A DNA stretch of 64,000 bases from an uncultured Bordetella sp. (lineage in GTDB: Bacteria; Pseudomonadota; Gammaproteobacteria; Burkholderiales; Burkholderiaceae_A): positions 420 through 64,419 of the forward strand of contig CAYXRY010000008.1 of NCBI GenBank assembly GCA_964467545.1, written 5' to 3'. Both the position numbers and the translations under genes were made by a program. Positions 9,998-20,300 of the stretch are shown one piece after another. Within the stretch, counting starts at the first letter, position 1. Each line of letters starts with the position of its first letter. The notes beneath the pieces were generated by a model. The model saw nothing but the letters and a program-made list of their open reading frames with translations. It searched no databases and was not told the DNA's origin.

Positions 9998-10288
9998 CTA
10001 GGGTTCGATACCAAACAGCGTGAGAGCCATGGCCTGGGCGCGCACCGCCAGCAGCCGAGCATATTCAGGGCTTTGGGCCCAGCGCTCGGCATCCTCCCGA
10101 TGGGGAAACGACAGTTCGACAAAGGCATCGAAGTCCCCGATGCCCAGTTCATTCCACGGCATGAGGCTTTTCTTGCCACGAAATTCAACCGAGCCGCGGT
10201 AGCGCTCTACCGTGCCTGCAACCTGACCTCGATAGGTTTCAAAGGCTGAAGCATCCAAGATTTTGATAAGTCCGATGACTTTGATCAC
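9998..10288 (-). CDS. DUF1330-family small protein
   Basis: LSFPHREDAERWAQSPEYARL pattern; GTG start overlaps the aroG stop (GTGA). Confidence 0.75.
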   Translation of the reverse strand: MIKVIGLIKILDASAFETYRGQVAGTVERYRGSVEFRGKKSLMPWNELGIGDFDAFVELSFPHREDAERWAQSPEYARLLAVRAQAMALTLFGIEP

Positions 10289-11358
10289 GATCTTTTTTCT
10301 CCTTTGATTATGGCCCTGCGGCGTGCGACCGACTCTGCCAGCAGCTGCAACAACGGCTGTGTCTGAGCAAAACTCATACAAGAATCGGTTATGGAGACGC
10401 CCCGACGCAGTGCCTGTCCGGGCGACAAATCCTGGCGGCCCTCTTGCAGATGACTCTCCATCATCAGGCCGATGATTCGGGGGTCCCCTTGCGCGATCTG
10501 TTCGGCAATCTCAGTGGTGACCTGAATTTGACGCTGATGCTGTTTGCTGCTGTTGGCGTGCGAAACATCAATCATGATGGCGGGGCTCAAGCCGGCGGCA
10601 AGGAGCAGCTCCGCGGCACTCTGGACCGAACCCCGGTCATAATTAGGAGACTTTCCGCCACGCAAAATGATGTGGCAGTCAGGATTTCCCAGTGTCTCAA
10701 AAATTGCACTCTGGCCCGACTTTGTCATTCCAATAAACGCATGCTTGGACCGGGCTGCCAGCAGGGCGTCGACCGCGACTTTGATGCTGCCTTCGGTACC
10801 ATTTTTAAATCCAACTGGGCAAGACAGGCCGCTGGCCAACTGACGATGGCTCTGGCTTTCGGTGGTGCGGGCACCAATTGCGCCCCAGCTCACCAAATCA
10901 CTGAAAAACTGGGGGCTGAGAAGATCGAGAAATTCCGTGCCCACCGGCAGACCGAGTTCAAGAATTTCCAGCAGCAGACGCCGGGCCAACTCCAGGCCAT
11001 CATTGATGGCCAACGATCCATCGAGATGGGGGTCGTTGATGTAGCCCTTCCAGCCGACAGTCGTGCGGGGCTTTTCGAAATAAACACGCATGATGATAAG
11101 GAGATCACGGGACAGTTGGCTCGCCTGCGCTGCCAGCAGATGGGCGTATTCGATCGCCTCATCGTGATGATGAATGGAGCATGGGCCTACGACCACGGCC
11201 AGGCGATCATCCTGGCCAGATAAAATATGAACGAAATCCTGACGACTTCGGGCGACCACCTCGGTGGCCACGCCGGAAATTGGCCACTTCTCCAACAGGG
11301 TTTGTGGATCAATTAATGGCTTTACGGCTCCAATGCGAAGATCGTCAAGAGAATTCAC
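10285..11358 (-). CDS. aroG: 3-deoxy-D-arabino-heptulosonate 7-phosphate synthase (class I, AroG/F/H type)
   Basis: VGPCSIH, RVYFEKPRTTVGWKG, IGARTTESQ, FKNGT, DVSHANS. Confidence 0.96.
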   Translation of the reverse strand: MNSLDDLRIGAVKPLIDPQTLLEKWPISGVATEVVARSRQDFVHILSGQDDRLAVVVGPCSIHHHDEAIEYAHLLAAQASQLSRDLLIIMRVYFEKPRTTVGWKGYINDPHLDGSLAINDGLELARRLLLEILELGLPVGTEFLDLLSPQFFSDLVSWGAIGARTTESQSHRQLASGLSCPVGFKNGTEGSIKVAVDALLAARSKHAFIGMTKSGQSAIFETLGNPDCHIILRGGKSPNYDRGSVQSAAELLLAAGLSPAIMIDVSHANSSKQHQRQIQVTTEIAEQIAQGDPRIIGLMMESHLQEGRQDLSPGQALRRGVSITDSCMSFAQTQPLLQLLAESVARRRAIIKGEKRS

Positions 11359-11388
11359 GACGGGGATGGTAATCGAAGAGGGCTCACC

Positions 11389-11877
11389 ATGAATTTAAGA
11401 ATTTCATTATTGGTGCTGGTTGTCCTGGTGGGGGGCTGCTCGACTTACGGGCCAAGCCAGCAGATGATCGGCCAAGATCGAAACGCACTTGTAGCGCAGC
11501 TTGGGCCGCCAACGGCAGAGATACCGCAGGGGCAAGAGACTCGACTGGAGTATGCCCGGGGTCCCTATGGCCGTCATACCTATTTCATCACCCTCGACCG
11601 TGAGGGAAGAGTCAAACAATGGGAGCAGGTGCTGCATCCCGCGCAGTTCCAGAAAATTGTTCCCGGAATGACGAAGGCGGATGTGCTCAAAGTCATCGGG
11701 CAGTCTTTTGAAGTTAGCCTGCTGGGCCGCAATCGGGGCGAAGTCTGGTCTTATCGCTACGAAACACCGTTGTGTGTTTGGTTTCAGATTGAATTCAGCC
11801 AAGACGGGGTCATTCGGTCCGCGGGTGACGGAATACCTCCCGAATGTCTCGGGCGACGTTGGCCCGCAGGACTCTGA
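11389..11877 (+). CDS. Outer-membrane lipoprotein, BamE/SmpA-like fold
   Basis: Lipobox VGGC; GMTKADVLKVIG and EVWSYRY resemble SmpA/OmlA domains. Confidence 0.7.
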   Translation: MNLRISLLVLVVLVGGCSTYGPSQQMIGQDRNALVAQLGPPTAEIPQGQETRLEYARGPYGRHTYFITLDREGRVKQWEQVLHPAQFQKIVPGMTKADVLKVIGQSFEVSLLGRNRGEVWSYRYETPLCVWFQIEFSQDGVIRSAGDGIPPECLGRRWPAGL

Positions 11878-11917
11878 CAGATGACAAACCACAAGGCCGT
11901 GATCTAGACTTTTGGCC

Positions 11918-12304
11918 ATGAAGCTTCGACTTTTATTGCTCTTGGCCGCCGTGCCGGCCGCTGCCCTCGCGCAGGCAGGTGAGTCCACCTACAAATCCGT
12001 CTGCGCGTCCTGCCATGCTTCCGGCGTTGCCAATGCTCCGAAACTTGGTGATCAAAAAAAATGGGGACCACTGATTCGTGAGGGCCAGGCCGTGCTCACG
12101 GCCCATGGCTATGTCGGAATTCGCGGCATGCCCGCCAAGGGCGGCAAGCCTGACCTTGGGATAGAAGACTTTGCTGACGCCGTGGTCTTTATGGTGAATC
12201 AGTCGGGCGGGAAGTGGGCATCGCCCGATGCGAAAATACTTGCAGCGATTCGCAGCGAAATTGACAAGCGCGAGAAAGCGATCGCTGCAAAAGCCAAAAA
12301 ATAA
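11918..12304 (+). CDS. Cytochrome c5 family
   Basis: Signal peptide, CASCH, GVANAPKLGD, GMPAKGG. Confidence 0.93.
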   Translation: MKLRLLLLLAAVPAAALAQAGESTYKSVCASCHASGVANAPKLGDQKKWGPLIREGQAVLTAHGYVGIRGMPAKGGKPDLGIEDFADAVVFMVNQSGGKWASPDAKILAAIRSEIDKREKAIAAKAKK

Positions 12305-12316
12305 AGACTACTCGCT

Positions 12317-12436
12317 TTGGATTCCCTGCATCCTGTTTATATTCTGATTGGCAGCATGATTGGAATCGGCGTGCTGGTGCTCATTGGACTGAAGCTTTAC
12401 ATGAGCCGAGCCATGCGAGATGACGAACAAGATTAG
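12317..12436 (+). CDS. Small single-pass membrane protein, 39 aa (absent from the ORF track)
   Basis: TTG start: MDSLHPVYILIGSMIGIGVLVLIGLKLYMSRAMRDDEQD; fills the gap between cytochrome c5 and the ubiJ-like gene. Confidence 0.6.
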   Translation: MDSLHPVYILIGSMIGIGVLVLIGLKLYMSRAMRDDEQD

Positions 12437-12954
12437 CCGAGAGAGTCGACCCGTTTCTCCAGTCGGTCAAGCGCATCGCGAAAATGTCGAAGCGTCTGAT
12501 CATGCTCCTGAATCTGCTGGCGGCTCACCAACACGCCGGCTTCATGGACTGCGAACTCCGCTGCCTGCCGTGCGAACTGTCCGGCAGGTGACTGGCTCCA
12601 GAAGAACTCCCAAGGACTGAAACGATTCTTGATCAATGCCACCAGTGGCGCGAGCCGTTCGGCCACCAAGGCGTCGCCCTCAATGCGCGGGCCGCGCGAA
12701 AGATCGGTAGTCAATGTCAGGGTGACATCGGGAGGGCGGCCTGAGCCAGCGTCTCCTGCGGAATTTACCTGGGCATATTGGTTCTTCAGGCCCACCTCTT
12801 TGAGCAGGCCATCGGCCTCGATCTCCCAATCGAGGCTGCCCACCACAGGAAACACAATCTGTAAACGCTTGCCGGATAAGCCCTTTAATGCAAGGTGCAA
12901 GGGCTCATCTTTGGCAATGGCCCAATTCAGGGCGCTGACAACATCAATGGCCAA
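12433..12954 (-). CDS. ubiJ: Ubiquinone biosynthesis accessory factor UbiJ-like (divergent)
   Basis: Follows ubiE-Tim44; PDVTL, RIEGDA, C-terminal coiled coil FRDALDRLEKRVDSL. Confidence 0.7.
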   Translation of the reverse strand: MAIDVVSALNWAIAKDEPLHLALKGLSGKRLQIVFPVVGSLDWEIEADGLLKEVGLKNQYAQVNSAGDAGSGRPPDVTLTLTTDLSRGPRIEGDALVAERLAPLVALIKNRFSPWEFFWSQSPAGQFARQAAEFAVHEAGVLVSRQQIQEHDQTLRHFRDALDRLEKRVDSLG

Positions 12955-13912
12955 GCTGGGCGATTCCCGCCAACATCCAGCCGCTGTCGCCGCCCTTCAT
13001 ACGATGAAGGGTCCAGACCTCATCAAAATCCGAAGCGGCAGCATCGGCAGCCTCTCGGATTAAGCCATGGAATCGAATCTGAACCTCGTCGACCGTCTTG
13101 CCGTAATCATCTTGACCATCTTGCATGCCGAGCCATTCAGCCTTCAGGCTCACCACCTGGGTCACGTTGGCTGCGCCCTTGCGATCCGCGATTTGATGGG
13201 AGAGTTCGCGGGTCATCTCCGGAGTACAAAACTCGGAGAGCGCGTGAATATTTCCCGAATCCCAAATCGACTGAAGCCGAGTGAACTGATCGCGCGCGAC
13301 ACTCAAAAATTGATCGATCTCTTCCGCGCTGATGGTGGCCGCGGGTGCCGAAGCTGCCGCAACTGCCGAGGGCTGTGGGGCCGACGTGCTGCTGGCGGAC
13401 TGCGGTGCCCAGCCCTGCTGGCTTAGGGATCCTTGATCTCCCATGCCCGATGGCCCATAGCCGGAGCGGGCCATTGCGGGCTCACCGAACGATCCCGCCT
13501 GGGCTGTGCGACGGCGCATCGAAATCCAACGGAAAAGTGCAAACGCAATCACTACCGCCAGCACGATCAACATCAGGCTCATGAGCTCTTCACCAAAGCC
13601 CAAATACGAAGCCAGTGCTGCTAGGCCAAGGCCTGCAGCAATTCCAGCGATCGGTCCAAGCCAGCTGTTTTTGGCAGGCTGCTGCGCCGCGGGCGCGGGT
13701 GCGGCTGGCTTTGCCGCCTGCTGGCCTTGGGGGGCTTCCTGGGGCGCCGGGGTCGCCGGCTTGGCTGGTACCGCCTGGGGCTTGGCCGAAGGCGATGGAG
13801 CAACACGGCCGACATTACCGCCGCTGCCAAGGCGTTTGGCCTGGGCCTCAACGATCGGCGCGGTCAGCACTGCTACGCACACAAAAAGGGCAAGAAACTT
13901 GGTCTTATTCAC
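12944..13912 (-). CDS. Tim44-domain protein
   Basis: AKRLGSGGNVGR, WLGPIAGIAAGLGLAAL, FTRLQSIWD, FDEVW, WMLAGIAQ; SD AGGAG. Confidence 0.9.
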   Translation of the reverse strand: MNKTKFLALFVCVAVLTAPIVEAQAKRLGSGGNVGRVAPSPSAKPQAVPAKPATPAPQEAPQGQQAAKPAAPAPAAQQPAKNSWLGPIAGIAAGLGLAALASYLGFGEELMSLMLIVLAVVIAFALFRWISMRRRTAQAGSFGEPAMARSGYGPSGMGDQGSLSQQGWAPQSASSTSAPQPSAVAAASAPAATISAEEIDQFLSVARDQFTRLQSIWDSGNIHALSEFCTPEMTRELSHQIADRKGAANVTQVVSLKAEWLGMQDGQDDYGKTVDEVQIRFHGLIREAADAAASDFDEVWTLHRMKGGDSGWMLAGIAQLGH

Positions 13913-13978
13913 GAGAGCGCACTCCTATCAAAACAACACATCGACAAATTTTTTCCTATGCTTGGGCCACCAAGGCCA

Positions 13979-14716
13979 CTACAGCTTGACCCCCTGATGC
14001 AAGGCCACTACCCCCGCCGACATTGTGTGGTACCGCACGATGTCAAAGCCCGCTTGACTCAGCATGTCCGCAAGCTCCTTGGGTGCGGGATGCATCCGAA
14101 TCGACTCCGCAAGATACCGGTAGCTTGCCTCATCCCGGGCGATTTTTTTCCCCAGCCAGGGTAAGACCTTAAACGAATAGAGATCATAGATTTTTTCCAG
14201 CGGCGCAGCCACTTTAGAAAACTCTAAGACAAGACATTTTCCACCCGGTTTCAACACCCGCGCCATTTCCCTTAAGGCGGCCTGTTTATCGGTCATGTTG
14301 CGCAGCCCAAAGGCCACCGTTACTCGATCAAAGCTTGCGTCAGGAAAAGGCAGATGCTCTGCATCGCAGACCACAGACTCGACCGGACAACCTTGATCAA
14401 TGAGCCGATTCCGACCACGAGTCAGCATCTGGCTATTGATGTCGCTCATCACCACACGGCCCTGCGGGCCGACACGTCTTGCAAATGCGAGGGCCAGGTC
14501 GCCCGTGCCGCTGGCGACATCGAGCACGTGCTGGCCAGGCCGGATATTGGCCTGAGAGATTGCCGCCGCCTTCCAGGCCCGATGCAGGCCCAGCGACATC
14601 AGGTCATTCATCAGGTCATAGCGGACCGCGACCGAATCAAATACCCGGGCTACCCGCTGGGCTTTTTCTCCGGCCGGGACTTGTTCAAAACCGAAGTGGG
14701 TGGTGTGCTGATCCAT
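13979..14716 (-). CDS. ubiE: Ubiquinone/menaquinone biosynthesis C-methyltransferase
   Basis: [52 protein letters not shown]. Confidence 0.97.
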   Translation of the reverse strand: MDQHTTHFGFEQVPAGEKAQRVARVFDSVAVRYDLMNDLMSLGLHRAWKAAAISQANIRPGQHVLDVASGTGDLALAFARRVGPQGRVVMSDINSQMLTRGRNRLIDQGCPVESVVCDAEHLPFPDASFDRVTVAFGLRNMTDKQAALREMARVLKPGGKCLVLEFSKVAAPLEKIYDLYSFKVLPWLGKKIARDEASYRYLAESIRMHPAPKELADMLSQAGFDIVRYHTMSAGVVALHQGVKL

Positions 14717-14725
14717 CGGCCGATT

Positions 14726-15190
14726 CTAGTGGCTGCCACAGCCCCCGGATCCGCATCCTGGCTTTCCGCAGCCGCCCCCGGCGTCAGAGGCGAGGGCAGC
14801 AAAATCAGGCTCTCGCGAGGCGCCCGCGACATTTAATCGGGCGAGATAGTCTGCCCAGAGCGCCTCTTGATTTTCGCCAAGCCAGGCAATGTAGTCCCAG
14901 CTGAAAATTCCTGACTCATGGCCATCGCTGAATTTGGGCTTCACTGCGTAATGGCCCACCGGCTCGAGCGTCTCAATGATGACGTGCATCTTGCCGACCT
15001 GGAGGGTCTCCTGGCCGGGGCCGTGGCCCATGACCTCGGCCGATGGAGAATAGACCCGCATCAGCTCAAACGGAATACGGTAGGTCTTTCCGCCCTCGTA
15101 GCCCACCTCCAGCAGCTTGGATTTCACGTGGACCGTGAGGCTTGATGGCAGCGCGGTAGGCGCAGTTTGTTCGCGTATGGCTTGTGTCAT
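14726..15190 (-). CDS. DUF971 / gamma-butyrobetaine hydroxylase N-terminal-like protein
   Basis: ELMRVYSPSAEVMGHGPGQE, VGHYAVKPKFSDGHESGIFSWDY; start placed at ATG 15190. Confidence 0.88.
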   Translation of the reverse strand: MTQAIREQTAPTALPSSLTVHVKSKLLEVGYEGGKTYRIPFELMRVYSPSAEVMGHGPGQETLQVGKMHVIIETLEPVGHYAVKPKFSDGHESGIFSWDYIAWLGENQEALWADYLARLNVAGASREPDFAALASDAGGGCGKPGCGSGGCGSH

Positions 15191-15217
15191 TGAATTGTCA
15201 AAAATCAGGTTTAGGAT
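15184..15217 (+). promoter_or_regulatory. Pho box plus -10 element for phoBR
   Basis: GTGTCAT-TGAA-TTGTCAA (11-bp period), 10-nt spacer, then TAGGAT, upstream of phoB. Confidence 0.75.
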
Positions 15218-15304
15218 CGAGCTATCCGGACAGACAGGATCGCAGAAAATCGAGCCCAACACACCACCAATCTCTACGGATTTCTCCCTCCCCCCGCCCC
15301 CAAG

Positions 15305-16003
15305 ATGCCGTCGACCATCCTGATCGTTGAAGACGAGCCCGCCATCGCTGAGCTGCTGGCGATCAATCTGGAGTTCGCCGGCCACCGAGCAGTCCGGGCC
15401 AGCGATGCGGAAGAGGCGATCCGGCTGATTCAGCATGAATTGCCGGACCTGATTTTACTGGACTGGATGCTGCCCGGAATGCCCGGCGTTCGGCTTGCGG
15501 AAAAGCTTCGTGCCGATGAACGAACGCGAGACATTCCCATCATCATGCTGACCGCCCGCAGCGATGAGGGCGACAAGATTCAGGGCCTGGAAACGGGTGC
15601 GGATGACTACATCACCAAGCCTTTCTCTCCAAAGGAATTGATGGCCCGAATCAAGGCCGTGATGCGCCGGAGGGCACCGCAGCTCACCGATGACATCATC
15701 ACCATCGGTGGGCTGAGGCTTGATCCTGCAACGCATCGGCTTTGGGCAATCCACAACACCAGCGAAGTCACTCTGGATCTTGGTCCGACTGAATTTCGGC
15801 TGCTGCATTTTTTTATGACCCATCCCGAGCGTGTTCACAGCAGAAGCTTTCTGCTGGATCAGGTCTGGGGCGACCATGTCTATGTCGAGGAGCGGACTGT
15901 GGATGTTCATATTCGTCGGCTCCGCAAGGCCCTGGAGTCGACCGGCCACGACATGCTGATTGAAACCGTCCGAGGAAGCGGCTACCGGTTTAGCGCGCGA
16001 TAA
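15305..16003 (+). CDS. phoB: Phosphate regulon response regulator PhoB
   Basis: [51 protein letters not shown]. Confidence 0.96.
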   Translation: MPSTILIVEDEPAIAELLAINLEFAGHRAVRASDAEEAIRLIQHELPDLILLDWMLPGMPGVRLAEKLRADERTRDIPIIMLTARSDEGDKIQGLETGADDYITKPFSPKELMARIKAVMRRRAPQLTDDIITIGGLRLDPATHRLWAIHNTSEVTLDLGPTEFRLLHFFMTHPERVHSRSFLLDQVWGDHVYVEERTVDVHIRRLRKALESTGHDMLIETVRGSGYRFSAR

Positions 16004-16011
16004 TCAGCCTT

Positions 16012-17340
16012 ATGGCTGGTTTCTGGATTCGGATTGTGTTGTCCATGCTCGCAATCGCTGGCACAGGCTGGTTTTTTGCCGTGATCGGTGAGGCCCGCTC
16101 GGGCTGGATCGTGGCGGTGTTGCTGCTGGGCGGATGGGTGGTGTACCACTTGTTCTACCTGCAAAAGGCGATGTCCTGGCTTGAGGATTTTCAGCTGGAT
16201 CGGGTGCCCCATGGCTCAGGCGCCTGGGAATCGCTTTACGCAAAAATTTATCGGCTGGCCAAGTCCAGTGAGCGGCAGCGGCAGCAGCTGACTGAAACGC
16301 TGCAGGATTTTCGCAGCGCCACCGAGGCGATGCCCGATGGGGTCGTCACCCTCGATGAGGACAATCAGATTCTGTATGCCAACGAACAGGCCGAAGAGCA
16401 TCTGGGCATCAGCACTGAAAAAGATGCGGGCCGCAACCTCATCAATATTGTTCGTCATCCCGAGTTTGTCAGCTACTTAAATGGCGGATCGTGGGAAAAA
16501 TCCATAGTGATTCGCGGCATTCGAAGCTCCAATCGGGTCCTTCAAATTCAGCTGATTCCCTACGGCACACGGCAGCGGCTGCTGATGACCCGTGACATTA
16601 CCCAGATTGACCGACTTGAAACCACCCGACGCGACTTTGTCGCCAATGTGTCGCACGAACTGAAGACGCCGCTCACAGTGCTCAACGGTTTTTTGGAGAC
16701 TCTACGGGATCTTCCACTGCGCGAAGAGCAGAAAAACCAATACCTTGGACTGATGCAGATCCAATCCCAGCGTATGCAAAACATCGTGGAAGATCTGCTG
16801 GTGCTCTCGAAGCTGGAATCAACGGTATCGGTGACTCAGGAGGATCCCATCGCGCTGCCCGCCTTGATTGAGCGGCTCTGCAACGATGCAAAAAGCCTCA
16901 GCCGAGACCAGCATCAAGTGCACTGCCTTTGCGGTGCGGACTCCGTTCTGATTGGCGCAGAAGATGAGCTCAGCAGCGCCTTTGGAAACCTGGTGAGTAA
17001 CGCTGTGCGTTACACGCCCGCCGGCGGATCCATCACCATTCAGTGGGCCCTCCAGCCCGATGGATCGGGAAGCCTCTCGGTGTCCGATACCGGCCCAGGC
17101 ATAGAATCCCAGCATCTGCCCCGGCTCACCGAACGGTTTTATCGCGTTGATCGAAGCCGCTCACGCGAAACGGGCGGCACTGGCCTGGGCCTGGCAATTG
17201 TCAAGCATGTGGCGACCCGGCATCAGGCCCAGCTTCTGATTGACTCCGAGGTTGGCAAAGGCAGCCGATTCACACTGCTCTTTCCCGAAAAACGCATCAG
17301 ACCAGCACCCGCTCAATTCCTCCCCGATTCGCATCGGTGA
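16012..17340 (+). CDS. phoR: Phosphate regulon sensor kinase PhoR
   Basis: N-terminal TM, PAS region, [46 protein letters not shown]. Confidence 0.96.
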   Translation: MAGFWIRIVLSMLAIAGTGWFFAVIGEARSGWIVAVLLLGGWVVYHLFYLQKAMSWLEDFQLDRVPHGSGAWESLYAKIYRLAKSSERQRQQLTETLQDFRSATEAMPDGVVTLDEDNQILYANEQAEEHLGISTEKDAGRNLINIVRHPEFVSYLNGGSWEKSIVIRGIRSSNRVLQIQLIPYGTRQRLLMTRDITQIDRLETTRRDFVANVSHELKTPLTVLNGFLETLRDLPLREEQKNQYLGLMQIQSQRMQNIVEDLLVLSKLESTVSVTQEDPIALPALIERLCNDAKSLSRDQHQVHCLCGADSVLIGAEDELSSAFGNLVSNAVRYTPAGGSITIQWALQPDGSGSLSVSDTGPGIESQHLPRLTERFYRVDRSRSRETGGTGLGLAIVKHVATRHQAQLLIDSEVGKGSRFTLLFPEKRIRPAPAQFLPDSHR

Positions 17341-20300
17341 CGTAGCGGGACAGCCAGTCCTCGCCCAGCAGGTGACGGGCAATCTCCACCACGATGTAAT
17401 CGGCCTCGACCGACACATCCTCTGAGTAGCGCGACAGTCCCTGCAGGCAGGAGGGGCAGGCGGTGAGAATCTTTACCGTGGCGGCCGAGGAGGCCTCGCG
17501 CAGTGACTGGGCGCCTTTGCGCATCTCTTCTTCTTTCCTGAAGCGTACCTGTGTGGAAATATCCGGCCGAGTCACCGCCAGCGTGCCCGACTCGCCGCAG
17601 CAGCGGTCATTTTTCTGAACCTTGCCATTGACATCGCTATTGATCAGAGCATTGACCACTTTCAGTGGCTGATGCTGCTTCATGGGGCTGTGGCATGGAT
17701 CGTGATACATGTAGCGCACGCCTGTGGCCTGATCCAGGCGTACGCCCTTTTCCATCAGGAACTCGTGGATATCGACGATACGGCAGCCAGGAAAAATCTT
17801 TTCAAACTCATAGCCCGCCAGCTGGTCATAGCAAGTGCCGCAGGAAACCACCACGGTTTTGATATCGAGATAATTCAGAGTGTTGGCCACACGATGAAAC
17901 AGCACTCGATTATCGGTGATGATTTTCTCTGCCTTATCGAACTGGCCGGCGCCCCGCTGCGGGTAGCCGCAGCAGAGATAGCCGGGGGGCAAGACCGTCT
18001 GTACGCCCACCTGCCAGAGCATCGCCTGTGTAGCCAGACCCACCTGCGAGAACAGCCGCTCGGAGCCGCAGCCTGGAAAATAAAATACTGCCTCACTCTC
18101 GGTGGTGGTCGTGTTTGGGTTGCGAATGATGGGCACAAACGCCGAGTCTTCGATATCCAGGAGCGCGCGGGCAGTCTTCTTCGGCAGATTGCCAGGCATT
18201 TTTTTATTCACGAAGTGAATGACCTGCTCTCGGATCGCCGGCTGTCCTGCGGTGGCCGGAGGCCGGGCGGTCTGGGCCTTGGCCAGCCGCTTGAGCAGAT
18301 CGTGAGCGACGCGCTGGGCCCGATAGCCCCACTGCATCAAGACTTTTCGCAGAATCGTGATGGTCTGTGGATTGGTCGCATTTAAAAACAACATGGATGC
18401 CGCCGCACCGGGGTTGAATTTCTTTTTTCCCATCTTGCGCAAGAGGTTGCGCATGTTCATGGAGACCTCACCAAAATCGATGTCGACAGGACAGGGGGTG
18501 AGGCACTTGTGACAGACCGTGCAATGATCGGCCACATCCGAGAACTCCTCCCAGTGCTTGATCGAAACACCGCGTCGCGTCTGCTCTTCATAGAGAAACG
18601 CCTCGATCAATAGAGAGGTCGCCAGAATTTTATTGCGTGGCGAATACAGTAGATTGGCACGTGGCACATGGGTCGCACAGACTGGTTTGCACTTGCCGCA
18701 CCGCAGGCAGTTGGCAAATGAATCGGCAATCGAACCGATATCCGATTGCTGCATGATCAACGACTCCGCACCCATCAGGCCAAATGACGGTGTGTACGCA
18801 TTGTCAAGATTACCGCCACGCAATAGTTTTCCGGCGTTGAAATGCTGATGCGGATCGACCTTGGTTTTGTACGCATGAAAGGCATCGAGCTCGGCGTCAG
18901 AGAGAAACTCCATCTTGGTAATTCCAATGCCGTGCTCGCCCGAGATCACACCCTCCAGTGATTTTGCGATCTCCATGATTCGGGCCACAGCCCGGTGGGC
19001 CTCCTGGAGCATGTCATAGTCATCTGAATTCACCGGAATGTTGGTATGCACATTGCCGTCCCCCGCATGCATGTGCAGGGCCACGAAGACCCTTGACCGC
19101 AGCACCTCCTGGTGGGTCCCATCGATTTTTTCCACAATCGCTGCAAAAGCGCCGCCGCTCAAGATGCCGCGGAGGGGCTCTCGGAGTTCACGCTTCCACG
19201 AAATCCGCACCAGATGATCCTGAATCAGTTCGACAAGCTGGGTAGCAGGCTGATGGTCGAGCCGCTGAGCCAGCAGGCTTTCGTTGAGATCAATGCCAAG
19301 TTCGCGCAATGCGGCACGATGCTCGGCGGCGTGATCATAGAGATGGGCCAGCAGAAACGACCACCGCTGGGTCACGCTCTCCAAGAGGCTGGCGGCAAGC
19401 ACCAGCCGGCGCTCAAGGTCTTCTTGCAGGGCCTGCTCAGGCGTGAGATCCGTTTGATGCAGATGGGCGGCGGGCCACTGGCTCGAAAGGAGCTCCCGGC
19501 AGGCTGCAGCGACCTTTAACTTGTTGCCGATCGAGAGCTCAATATTGATGTGCTCGATGGAGTTGGTGTATTGCCCCATACGATCTAAAGGAATCACCAC
19601 GTCCTCATTGATCTTGAAGGCATTGGTATGCCTCGCAATTGCGGCCGTTCGGGCCCGCTCTGCCCAGAATGCCTTGCGGGCCTCAGGGGAGACGGCCACG
19701 AAGCCTTCTCCCGCGTGGCCATTGGCCAGACGAATCACATCCGAGGCAGCACGGGCCACCGCATGATCGTCATCGCCCACGATGTCACCAATCAGCACCA
19801 TCTTTGGCAGTGACCCACGCTTGCTCTTGGTGCTGTAGCCCACCGCACGAAGATAGCGCTCATCCAGATGCTCGAGTCCCGCCAATAGGGCGCCGCCGGG
19901 TCGGCGATCGAGGTGATTCTTGATCTCCACGATTGAGGGCACGGCCTGCTGGGCGTTGCCAAAAAATTCCAGGCACACGGTGCGAATGTGATTGGGCATC
20001 CTGTGCAATACCCAACGGCTGCTGGTGATCAGGCCATCGCAGCCTTCCTTTTGAATGCCAGGCAATCCGCCTAAGACTTTATCGGTGACATCCTTACCGA
20101 GTCCGAGCCGACGAAAGCGCCAGCCTTCCAGCTTGAGCAGCTCTTTTCGAAAGGGCTCGCCGCGCATCTTTCCGACCGCGCCCGAGGATGCAACAGAGGC
20201 CTCGTATTGCTCTGGCCGATACCAGGCGAGCTCAAACTGCGCCCACTCGGCATCGTGAATCTTGCCCAGATTGTGATGGAGTCGGGTGACCTCGAGCCAG

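Noticed and set aside
15191..15436. Long N-terminal extension of DUF971 overlapping phoB
   Set aside because: Open-frame run-on through the promoter region; the recognisable domain starts after Met 15190
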